This document shows, piece by piece, positions 37,401-49,400 of a DNA stretch of 53,758 bases. Each line of letters starts with the position of its first letter. Within the stretch, counting starts at the first letter, position 1. A program made the position numbers and the translations under genes. The stretch covers positions 1 to 53,758 of the forward strand of contig QPMI01000028.1 in assembly GCA_004431415.1 (NCBI GenBank), written 5' to 3'. The notes beneath the pieces are model-generated. The model was given only the letters and a program-made list of their open reading frames with translations. It had not been told where the DNA came from and did no database searches. Origin of the DNA: Cyanophora paradoxa CCMP329. Lineage: Eukaryota; Plantae; Glaucophyta.

Positions 37401-40400
37401 TCTCGACAACCGCTGGAGGGATCATGAGAAGCATCGACAGCGTCTTCTCGTGCTCACTGCAGCGACAGACAAGAATAATAAGGCGACAGAGATCCGACGA
37501 GGCTCGACCGGGGCGGAGCGGAGGGCGCGGGTGCAAATGCGGACCGGGCGATGCCGCGGACGGCGAGGGGGATGGCGAGGAGGCCGTTGAAGACGATGAA
37601 GGCGACGCCGGCACCGAAGACGATGTCCATGTTCCGCAGCACCGACGCCACCTTCGCGTTCGATCCCGACGGAAATTGAGCAATTTCCACGGCGCTCTAC
37701 ATCTCCTATGGCGACGTCGACGGCCGGGGCCGCGGCACGCGCACCTTGGACTTGGCCTGAACGATGAGCTTGTCGATGAGCCAGTCCAGAAGTTCAGAGG
37801 GGCCGGAGTCGTGCAAGGCCACGGACTGGGGCCGGCGCGTGAGCGAGGGACGGGCGGGGGCGTGGAAACCGAAGGGATGGCGCGCCTGGAGGAAGCGCAG
37901 GGGGCCGTATCCCCAGGAGAAGACGCCCGGGCTGGCCGAGAGGAGCCGTCGCGCCGCCGCGAGGATCTCGAGCATCTGCGCGCGCGTTTAGACAGTGACG
38001 CGTTCGGATTGCGTCCAGACTGAGGCGCGCGGGCCTGGTCGCGGATGGGGGCGCAGGACGGGGGCGACGGCTGGACGCCCGCGGAAGGGTCGGCCTCCGC
38101 CGCGTCGGCTTCGGCGGCGCTGTCCCCGCGCAGGGCCGCCGGCCAGCCCGAGCAGCCGCCCGCGAACGCGTCCTGTCGCGGCTTGTCTGAGGCGCGCGGC
38201 GCTCAAAGAGAGGCGTCGGGCGCGGGCGCACCGGCGGCTTCAGCGTGAGCTCGTCCTGCAGGTCTGTGAGCGAGGACTCGACGAGCAGGGCGGAGCGCAG
38301 CGCCTCTTGGCGCAGCTCCGCCGCGGAAACGGGCGCCGCCCACGGCGCGATCGCTGACGCGGCATACTCCTGCGAGCGCGATCGCGAGGGCGTAACGTTT
38401 GCATCGAGATCTAGACGAGAGGCGGGGGCCGGGCGGGCGGGCGGCGAGCTGTCGCTACCTGGCTCCAGAAGCACACTCCGACGTGGCCTGTCTTCAGGTG
38501 CAGGGCCGCGGATGTCTGCAGGAGCCCGCTCGAGTTCATCTGCCGCCCACGGGCGATCAGAAGCGCAGGCGAATCAAAGGCGACCCCGACCGATCAGTTG
38601 CCTTCAACGAACCGAGAAGAGCGAGAGGGCGATCACGACGATCGTCACGGGGAACGCGAGGGTGACGAGCAGGGCGACGCTGCTCCGCAGCACGAGGCGG
38701 CGCAGCGACAGCGCGCGGTGCGTCCTGCCGGGCCGGCGTCACGGCGTTGATCGATCCCGTACGAGCTCGGGATCGAACGGAAGAGCGCACAGGAGGCTGC
38801 GGTTGAACTCGGCCTCCATCGCGTCCACAGAGGCCTCTTCGGCGATCGAGCCGGCCGACAGCGCCTGCGGTCGCCGCCGAGTCGGACGGTGACACGCCCA
38901 ACACTGGCAGCCGGCCATGGAAATTGAACGGCGCACGGTGCCGGGAACAGTGGTGGCGGGGCCGACGTCGGAGGCGGGCCCGGCACCGGTGACGTTGGTC
39001 GCCATCGAGTTCCGCGGGGAGGCGGCGGCGAGCTTCCGCTTCCCGGGCGGCGCCGGCGAGTCGGCGATCGGGTACGCGGCGCCGTTCGCGGCCGCGGCGA
39101 CGGCAGCGGCCGCCGGCTTCAGCTCGTCGCGATCGCCGCCGGCGCCCTCTCGCTCCTTCTCGCTCTCGATCGCGGCCTCCCTCTCGCCACCCCGCGGCTC
39201 CCGCTCGCGCTCGCGATTCGCGTCGCCCGCCCTGCCCACCACGTTGATCGCGTTTCGAATCTCCTTGATCGTCGACCGCGGGCTGAGGAGAGGTGAGAGG
39301 TCGAAGTTTACCGCGGACGGGGCGGATTTCGGGCACATTTCGTGGAAGAGCGCCACGACGGCGCGGCGCTCCTTTAAGATGGCGACGACGGACGATGCGA
39401 ACGAGACGACGACGGCGAGGACAAAGGCTCCGAAGAGGCTGCGAAGCGGAGTCAGGGCGCACGCGCGCGCGGCGAATCTCGATTCGAATTCAGAGAAAGA
39501 AATCTAGGTCCGACCAGATGAAGACGACGGCGATGACGCGCGACTCGAAGAGGAGAATCGACCGCGTGTCCTCCACCATCGCGTCCTGCAGACCCGTCCC
39601 GGCCCGCTGGAGAGCCGCCACTGCAGACGCGCTTGTTACTGCAGGGAGATTACAACACGTGTATTACACGGCAGCCGCACCGTTATCAAGGACGAATCGA
39701 AAAGCGGAATCGTTCATGAACTCTGGAGCGCGGAGGGGCCTGACGGGCGGCGCGTCCGACCGGACTTGGCTTGGGGCGAAGGAAACCGCAGCCTTGTTCG
39801 CGGTCTGGTAGACCCCACTCGTTCAAATTCGCAGTAAGAACGTGCGAATTTCGCGGCGAGTCCTCACCTGCGCCGAGCGGCGGAAGAAGGCGTTGATGGC
39901 GTCCATGGCCAGGAGGGTCGTCGTCTGGTTCGGGGGGACGGCGTGCTCGTCGAAGGTGGCGACCGCCTCGCCGGCGCCGAACCACGCCCGCGTCTGGGCG
40001 AAGTCGCTCGGAAGCTTCTCCCGGGCGGACCTGGCGGGAATTCGAGCAGCGTGAGCTACGAGCGCGAGAGCGGCAGATCTAGACACGGTTTGCTCACGTG
40101 ACTGAGAAAGGGCTGTTTAATACATCGTGCATAAACTGAGTGACGGAGCTCGGAGTCAGTCTCTCAGCTTGACTAGAGCATCGGCATTGGAATCCTATTC
40201 ATTCGCGCACGTCGACGTCTCGGTTCAGCCGAGAAATGGCCGTGTCCACGTCGATATTGAAGGGCTGCACCTACGGAACATGACGACACTCAGATAAAAA
40301 ATAAGTTGATCATCGCCACGCGAGAGCAGGGTCGAACCCCCGAGGAAGTGGCCGCAAAGAGAACAGAGCGGGCGCTGTGCGCGATCCGCACGACCTGGGC

Positions 40401-43400
40401 ATGCCAAAAGCCATGATCAGGAAGAAGGCGCGAGAATACAAACTCGATCGCGAAGCGAGAAGCAGTTGCCTGCTCTGGTATGCCGGATGCGTGCAAGATG
40501 CGGCGGAAGTACTCGTCCTGAGCTGGAAGGCGCAGCGCGTTTTATTAAAGACATGATTTTCGGCGAGAGAAAGCTAGCAATTAAATCAGACGCACATCCA
40601 CCGATGGTGCGCGCCGTCGCATAAAAAGCAGACAGCACAACCTGCGAGAATAGTTGTTAATCGAATATTGTCAAAAGTTTCTTGAACATAGTAGAAGTTG
40701 CTACGTACGAGGCTGGCGAAGACCGCAGTGAACAGAGTCCGCCGAATTCGGCGCACGACAATCGAGCCCTTGCCCAGCAGTTGCGACCTGACGTGAGGAT
40801 CAGCGCCAATTGCAATCGAAGAACGTTTAACGATCGCGTCCAGTTCGAACCTGTAGTACCGCATGGCCATAATTCGTTCGACCTCCGACTCGTCCCTGGA
40901 ATCAATTGAAGATGTCGTTAGGCAAAAACTCCACAGATACGCATTCAATGATTCATGCGCGCACCTCTCGTCCACCGGGGCGACGGAAATCTCGTATACG
41001 TTGGGCGTGGCGCCGTCGGCTTTGGCACGGTCGGCCGCATCCGGAGAAGCGGGGGCCTCGCGGCCCGGCGAGACCGGAAGGGAGCGGGAGGGTGCCTTGT
41101 GCACCCCGGCCGAAGCCGCCAGCGAAAGCGCAGGCATCGGCTTTGGGTTGGGGTTGAAAACCAGAGTGTTCGCGCCGCTCTCGCGGTCGGGCGCCGCGGC
41201 GGGCGAGGCCCTTGGTATCCCCAGGGCAGCCGCCAGGATGACGGAGGTCCGGCGGTTTGCGCGCTCGATCGAAGGCCTCCGTCCACGCGGCGGCTGCGCG
41301 GGCCACGGCGCCGCCGGCTCCTGCGAAGCCGCAACAACAGCTGCAGCTGGCGCCGGAGCGGAGGACGCGGGAGGAAGGCCTTTCGGCGACAGGAGACCGC
41401 CGACGCCCATCCCGGAGAGGCTGCGAAGGCTCGCCGAGAAACCGCCGCCGCTTCTCGACATCGAAACTGAGCCGGTGGCGCCCTCCGAATTCGAAGCAAC
41501 GTTAACCTGCGGCTTTGGAGATGGCAGCAGCTGCATCCGTCGGCCAGAGTGCTGTTTCACGAAGGTAAGGGCGATCAATATCGCGCGCGCCAGACTCGCA
41601 CGCGCGCGCACGTCGCTGCCGGCGGAGCGCTCAGACTTGAAGGACGAGTTGCCGACGCCGCGCCGCGGGCTCGCGCCGTCGGCCCCGGCCGTCGGAGCCC
41701 CGACGAGGCTCCGCAGCTCCTGCAGTTGCTGCAGCCGCGCGCAACGCGAGCGCACATTAGCCGCGTCAAATCCGCCGCGAGCTCCGTTGCACGAATCGCG
41801 CGCGCGCGCACCAGCGCCAGCCGCACGGAGGTGCGCCCTATCTCGGGCATCGCCGTGCGGAGCCCGTCGGCCTCGCCCCCCTCTTCCCGAGTGCCTCTAG
41901 CCGCGGGCACATGTACAAGCGGCTGCGCGCGGAACGTTAACGCGTCAGAGACGCCGCGCGGCGCAACCAGAACGGAAAGAGAGAACGTCGCGCACGTTCG
42001 GAGAAGGAGTAGTGCTCCTGAGCATAAGCGCGTCCTGCGGCACGGAAGTCAACATCACCGTTAACGTAGAAAGCAGACAGTGTATTATGAACGCAGGCGC
42101 GCGCACGGGGAGGCTCGTGGTGAGGATGGGAGAGAGCTGGCCGTTCGGGGGCGACCGCAGCGGCGGGGAGGTGGGCAGGGGCGGCTGCGGCAGCGCGGCC
42201 TCGGCCAGACCCGGCGTCGGCCACGGGGGGAGCGCGACAGAGGCCAGCCCCTCCAGACGACTCTTGGGCTGGAGGCCCGGGGACAGATTCGGCGCGGAAA
42301 CAGAGGGAGCCGCGGACGCCGGCGCGGGGGGCGGGGGCGCCGGAGGGGTCACCGGCGCTTGCGGCGGCGATTCGGGGGCCGGATTTGGAGCAGGGGCAGC
42401 GGCGGGAACAGGCTCGGGCTGAGGCTGCGGGTCCGGCACCGGCGCTCGCGACGCCGCCTCGAATTTGGGGCGGGAGCTCGACCTGGAGACGGGGCGCCCC
42501 CTCCGGAAAGACCGGCCGCGGGGCGCCGGCGAGGCGTGCCCCGCCTCCTCCTCGAGCTCGTCGCCGCTGCTCGGGTCGACCGAGCGGGCCCCGGGGGCGC
42601 CGCCCGAGCTCGCCGCCAGCGCCCGCGCCCGCTTCTGGCGCCTCTCGTTGTCCCCAGCCCGCGCGGCCATGCCGGCCGCCTGCGACTCTGCCGCCGGATC
42701 CGGACTCAGCGAGGGGCCCGGCCTAGGCCCCCCTCGGCCTCCCGCGGGGCCGGGCGCCAGGACGGACCCTCGATGTTCTGCGCCCGCGCCTGGAGCCGGG
42801 CCGCCCCCTCCAGGTCCAGCTCGAACTCCTGCTCGCGCGATCAAATTCAGCGGCTCCGCCCGAGACAGGCCTAGGAGCGGCGGGTCGACGAGGGCGGGCC
42901 TGGAGAAAGGCGGCGCGGGCACGGGCGACGCGGCTGCTGTTCGGGAACTGGTCCAGAAGCCGCTCGTAGAGCTTGCCTGCGATCGCGAGGGCGACAGGGT
43001 GAGAAGATCAACTGTGGAGACGTTGGATGCTAACGCACCGGCGGCGCTCTTGCTCTGCTCGACCAGCGCGACGGCGTTCGGCAGGCGGCTCTGGTCGATG
43101 TCGTCTGCGCGCGTTGTCGCTGGCGTGTTAAAGCTGTGCATGTGATACCGTTCCTTGGGAGGGGGATACCCTTCAGGAGCATGTTCCAGAAGGCCCGCAT
43201 GCGCACGCGGGCGCGCCGCTCCTGGAGGCGAGCGGCCGCCAGCATCGCCTGCGCACGAAAATATAAAGTCAGAGCAGAACAGAGCAGAACAGAGCGGTAG
43301 CCGAGCCGAGCGGTAGGCCGCGGCCCTCCGTCTTTAGTGCGTTTAGAAGTCTTGAGCTCGAAGTTTTACGCGCAAAAGCAATCCTAGGCGGCGAAAGCGG

Positions 43401-45724
43401 GAAGGGGGCGGGGCGGGGGCGCACGTGGAGGTCGACGGTCTCCTCGCCGCGCGCCGCCGCCTCCTCCTTCATGCAGCGGTCCAGCGCGTACGCCGTCCAC
43501 GCCCACTCCAGCGCCCCGCCCCCGCTGCCCGACCCGCGCCCTCAGGGCGGGACCGACCGGCGGGAGGAGCGTTCGCGCGCGCGCACGCGAGGGCGCGGAG
43601 GCGGTGCGTGTACTGGGTGCAGAGGGGAACGTTCTCCGCGGAGAGGGCGTACCCCGCCGCCGCGGCGAGCACGCGGGGGTCTCGCGGGAACTCCCGGACC
43701 GCCCTGCTCGCTCAGATGAGGGGCGAGAGAGGAGAAGGGAGAAGGGGGGGGGGGGGGGGGCAAGCGGGGGAGAGGGGGGGGTACCGGAGGTGGAGGTTGC
43801 GCAGGGCGTCCTCGGCGACGCCCCCGGCACCTCCGGGACCCTGCATGAAAGGCGTGAGAAGCAAGAGCGAGACGAGGAGAACAAGGGCGCGCGGGGCGCC
43901 GGGCAGACCCGCTGGGCGCCGCCGGCGGTGGCGCCGGCGCTGGCGTCGCGGCCGCGCACGCTCGGGTCGTCGCGATCGCGCTCGCCGGGGGCGACGCGGG
44001 AGGCCCGGGCGCGCCCGGCGCGCCCCGCCTCCGCCGCCGCGAGGCGCGCAGCGATGACCGCGTCCACGGGCCTTCCAATTCGGCGCCCGATCGCTCAGAG
44101 CCGGGCGGAACTGGACCGGCGAACGCTCAGCTGAACGGACCTGGCGAAGGCTCGAGTGTCGTCGCCGAGGCGAGCGACCGCCGCGTTGTAGCGGCGCCAG
44201 ACGCGCGCTGGCATGGGGGCCCATATCAGAGGGACGATGCACTGTTGAATCGAGATGGCCGCGCGCGCGCACCGCGGCGGACAAAGCAGAGGGCGACCCC
44301 GAGGAGGGCGCCGGCGGCGCCGGCGCCGACGACGGCACCAACCGCCGCGCCGGCCGAGGCGGCTCCCAGCGTCTCGCCGTGCAACGCGCGCAGCCCGATC
44401 GAAGCGGCGTACACGCTGCCGGCGCTCAGGAGAGGCGCGCGGGACGGCGGGGGACCAGGGCGGCCGCACCCGGGGAGGGCCCAGGCCCACGCGGCGTGCG
44501 CGTAGGCCACGGCGGCGGAGGGGTACGGGTCGTAGTAGACCGCGGGGAACGCCACGAGCGCCAGGGACGTTGCGAGCTGGAGAGAGAGGGTCAAGGCAGG
44601 CGGGACCGAGCCCTCAAGGGGGGGCGGTACATGCACAGCGGACCTGGAGGGCGCCGCGGGCGGCGGGGGAGGAGGGGAGGAACTGGCCGGCGGCGACGAG
44701 CAGGGCGGCGGCGAGGGGCAGGGCGGCCTCGGGGGTACCGCAGTGGGGGGAGGCGCCCCAGGACGGGTACCGGCGGGGGTCCCCGGAGGCGTACCCGAGG
44801 GCCGTCAGGTGGAGGAGCCAGAGCGCCTGGAGCGAACGAAGTCAGATGAGGCTTAAGGGGAGCGGCTGGGTAGCGAATAATCGAAGAGGGGCGCGCCGAG
44901 CCGGCGATGGCGATGCCCCCGACGGTGTTGGCGGCCCCCGGGGACCCGAAGCAGGGGAAGCCTGCGGGGCGGTCCGGGTGGCACGAGATCGCCGAGAAGA
45001 AGAGCAGGAAGAGGGGGACGGTCACGGCCGGTCGCAGGGCCTGCCGGGCGCTCGGCGGTCAGGGGCGCAGGGTCCAGGCCAGGAGTACGGGCCGGGCGCG
45101 CACGGAGACAGCGGCGCGGAGGAGGCGGCGGATGCGGTCCACGTGCAGAGGGGGGTACAGGTCCGCGGCGGCGGCGAGGATCAGGCCGACGACGGCTAGC
45201 CCCGAGGCCGCCGCGAGCCAGACGAGCGGGCCGACGGGGCTCCGCAGGCCCAAGGGACGGCCCAGTGCCAGCACTCGGTACGCGGCATCGCGCCCCGCGC
45301 AGCCGGCGTCCAGCGCCGCGCCGTCGGGGGCGGCCGGCCGGTCGGCGACGAAGCAGCTGTCATACGTCGCCTGGGAGGGGGGCGCGTTAGCGACGGGGGC
45401 GGGCTGGGGGCGAGCGGGGCGCGCCGCACCAGCAAGAGGAAGTGTATTCGCAGCAGCACTGCGCCGAGGGCGGCCGCGGCGCCGGCCGCCGCCCCTCGGG
45501 CCCGAGAGTCCTTGTAGCCTGCCACGAAGCTGGGGCGCGGCGGAGGAGAGCCGACAGTGAGCAAACGGCGTCCAACGCGCGGGAGCTGGCCTGAGAACGC
45601 ACTACAGGCCGTGGAAGATGCCCGCGAGGGCGCGCTGGGCTGGGCCGGTGCCGGCGTCGCTCCCAGTCAGCCCCGTCGGGAACGAGGCGGAGCTCGCCCC
45701 CGACCCGCGCGCCGCGCCGCGCAT
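34479..45724 (-). CDS. Multi-exon TmcB/TmcC-like multi-TM protein with PAS domain and class III adenylyl cyclase
   Basis: Cyclase motifs FSDLVGFT, DKVKT, GDAYM, MRVGIHTGP, spliced [25 protein letters not shown] and VKGKGVMTTFLI. PAS motifs DAIIVCDSRGSIQVFNAAAEGLLGW..DGSTFP..IRDVTER. Several TM exons upstream. Both ends are approximate, and joining the 5' TM exons to the cyclase is inferred. Confidence 0.8.
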
Positions 45725-46490
45725 GGCTGCTCGATCGTACGCGTGTCCGGCACGCAGCCGCCGCGCGCGCCGCGCCGGCCCGCCGCGCCTGTGCTAAACT
45801 TGTCGCTGGCCAAGTTGCAGCGGGTGACGGCGGGCGCCGGTTGCGGCCGGCGATGCTGTCACCGGCGCTCCTCGGTCATAGAACCATCGTCTGATCAATT
45901 ATCTGCAGGCCGCAGCTGGACTCTCGCTGCTGCTGGAGTCGGGCGGAGCTGATCGAGGGATTCGAGGCGCGGCGCAGCTCTCCCTGAATGGCCTGCGCAT
46001 GCAAGTTGGGCTGCAAGCCTGCAACCCCAGCCTTGGGGGGTACAGCAACAGGTAGGCTCTTTGCGAATGGCTGATTAGCGGCACGAGTCGTCCACGTTCC
46101 GTCCGGATCCGACGTCCGTAACGGCAGCTCGGGGCTCGATGGCGAGTCAACGCCGCTCGAATTCCGTGTTCGGCTCTCCGTGCGACGACTTTCCGAAGTT
46201 CGCAACGCACTGCGCATGCACGATTTTCGCAACGCACTGCGACTCTGCGACTCGACTGCGAGCCAGCGAGACACTCTGCGAGACAGTGCGAGTACGTCCG
46301 CGACCGGTCCCGGCGGCGGTCCGATCGCGGACGACGACTTCAGCTTTTATTTTCAGATCAGCATTCTTGATCTCGCATGCACACTTCATGATCATGAATC
46401 ATGATCAGCTAGCGCAGACCTTCAGCGCTAACGTCAACTGTCGCTAGCTAGCTAGCTATAGCAGCAAGCGGGGTTCGGGATGTAAGGGCC

Positions 46491-49400
46491 TCACTGGGTC
46501 AGCCGTGGCCGGCCGCCTGCGCATGCGGCAGCGAACTCGAGGGGGCGGCGGGGGCCGGCGGGTCGGGGTCGGGGCCCGGGCCCGGGGCGCGCGGGGCGCC
46601 GGAGAGGTAGGGCCCGATGACCTCCAGCAGGAGCGCTTTCCGGATCTGGGGGGGGGGGGGGGGGGGGGGGCGGGGGCGGGGGGCGGGGGGCGGGGGGGCC
46701 CCGGTCAGCGGGCGCGGGCGCGGCGCGAGGGTCCCGACCCCCTCCCCCTCCCCCTCTGGTGCGGGCGCGGGACGGACCGGCTTGGTGACGAAGGCGTCGG
46801 CGCCGAGCCGCAGCGCCTCCGCCCGGTCCTCGTCCAGCGCTGGCCCGCCCCGCCGCCCCACCCCGCCACGTCAGCCCGGGCAAGAAGCAAAGAAAGACGC
46901 CTCTAAGGTCCTCCGGGCACCGTTGGCGGAGACGAAGACGACGGGGACGCGCCCCGCGGGCCCCGGGGCCGCCCGGATCCGCCGGATCGCCTCCCGCCCG
47001 TCCATCACCGGCTGCGGCGGGCGGGGGCCGGCTGAGAAAGGAGGGGGCAGAGGGGGCCGAGGCCTAGGGGCCCCCGGCGGCCGCCTGCGTGCGATTCCGA
47101 CGGACCATCTCGACGTCTGCGGGCCGGTCAGGACTACGGGCCGGGTCGAGCTCGCGGGGGGCCGGGGCCGGGGCGGGCGCACCGAGGAGGATGAGGCGGT
47201 ACGCGGAGGGGTCCGCCTCGTAGGTCCCTGCCGGGACGAGTCGGAAGAGTAGAAAGAGGGAGGGGAGGGCGGGGCGAGCGCACGGCAGGCCTCGGCGCCG
47301 TTCTCGGCCGTGTCGACGGCGAGGCCGGCCCCCTCCAGCATCCGCTTCAGCAGCAGCAGGTTCGTCTGCGGAGTGGGGGGGTGGGGAGGTGGGGGGGGTG
47401 GGGTGGGGGGGGGGGCACGCCGTTCAATAGGCGGCAGAGAGGGGGGGGGAAGGGGGAAAGGGGGGCACCTTGATGTCGTCGACGGCCAGGACGCGGGGCC
47501 TGGGGGAGGAATCCGGGGCGGGGGGAAGCGCATGGGGGGGCGGGGGCCGCGGGGGCGGGGGCGGAAGAGGCGACGGCTCCGGGGTGCAAGAGAAGGCGGA
47601 GCCAGGGTTCGAGGGGAAGGCAGGGACGGGGGGGGACACTCGACCCGCGAGCCTGCAGGCGGCCGGCCGGGGGCCGAGGTCGGTCTCCGAAAGAAACAAG
47701 AACCGCAGCAGCGCTTTCGGCGCACGCGTCGGAGACGATGCGGGCGAGCTGGGAGGGGCGGACGGGCAGGCCCACGACCTGCGCCGGGCCGACGTCGGGT
47801 TCGATTCCGGCGGGGAGGTTTTCGGTTCGGCGGGGCGGACCTGCGGGGCCGGCGCGTCGCTCTCCGACGCCGCCACGAGAACGACCGGCGCCCTGCGGCC
47901 CGTCAGAAATCTAGGGGAGGGGGGGGGGAAAGGAGGGATTCGAGGAGCTGGTACCCCGGAAGCTGCGGGGCGGCGCCGGGGGGGAGGAAGAGGAGCGGTC
48001 GCCCGGGGGAGTCCGGATCGTCCACAGCGGCGCCCCACTGAAAGGGGACGGGCGGCGTGAGGCGCAGGAAGGGAAAGCAAAAAGGCTGTACCCCCCGCAC
48101 CTGGCGGAGGTGGTACCCGATTGCGTCCCGCGCGGCCTCGTGGGGGACCTGCCGCACGCGTACCCCCTCAGGGGAATCTTTCGCGGGGCGGGCGGGCGGG
48201 CGAGCGGGCGGGCGGGCCTGCAGGGTGCAGGACACGCCGCGCAGATCGGGCCAGCTGCAGGCCGCTCCCCCCTCGCGCGGGGCCTGCTCGGGTCGGCCCG
48301 CCCGCAGGCGGAATGAGGGGGGGTAGAAGGGGGGTACGGACCTGGAGCTGGACGAGGACGGTGGCCCAGAAGGTGGCACCGTACCCCTCCTCCGAGCTGC
48401 AGCCGACCGTACCCCCCATCGACTCGGCCAGCCTCTTAGTGATCGCCTGCGGGGCCCTGAGAAGGGAAAGGGAACCGCCTGGGTTTGAGCCTGACCGCGT
48501 ACGCACCAAGCCGAGGCCAGTCCCCTCGAACATTCGCGTAGCCCCTTTCTTCGGCAGCTGTTGGGGCCGGTCGGGGGGCCGGGGTCAGGGAGGGGGGGGG
48601 GGGGAGGGGGGGGGGATACGGAACGGACCTGCTGGTAGGGGCGGAAAAGGAAGTTCTGGTGCTCTCGTGGTATGCCGACGCTGGGGGGTACGGAATAAGA
48701 GGGATGTGAAGCTCAAACAGAAGAAGGCACAACGCCGCACCCCGTGTCCTTTACGACAATGCGGAAAGTCACCAGGTCCCGGCTGGCGGCACCCAAGGTT
48801 AATTTTGGGGGGTACGGTCAGGCGGTAAAATGCGGGGGTACAGTGCGAGGGTACAGTGCGCACCGCGGCTCGGAGGCGGGGCCGGAGAGGCTGGGCCGCC
48901 GACCGCTCTGAGACAGGCGCCGAACGCTCAAGCCCTACAGGGGCGGGGCAGGGCGCAGGGTTGAGCCAAGGGGAAGTTCCGAAGCGAGGGAGGAGTCGGG
49001 GCGGGGCGGGTACGGGGGGCTTGAAGAGGACGGGCGCCGGCGGGGGCGGATCCTCCGCCGTCACGATGATCTGCGGGGGCCAGGCCGGGGGCGACGCGTG
49101 AGAAAAGGAGAAGGCGGGGCGGGGCGGGGCGGGGCGGGGCGGGGCGCGGGGCGGGCCTCGATGCGGCCGCCGGCTGGCGTGAACTTGCAGGCGTTCGAGG
49201 CGTAGCTGCCGGCGGGGGTGAGCCGGCGACTCCGAGTCTTTGCTATTGCTTTCGGGGAGAGGCGGCGAGTCTAGGTCTAGACGGGCGGCTCCGGGGGCCC
49301 GCGCGGACGGGCCGGCGAGCGATCGCGCCGCCTCCAACTGTAGTTCTACACGGGCGGCTCCGGCGGCCCGCGCTGGCGCACTTCATGACGATGCGGCGGA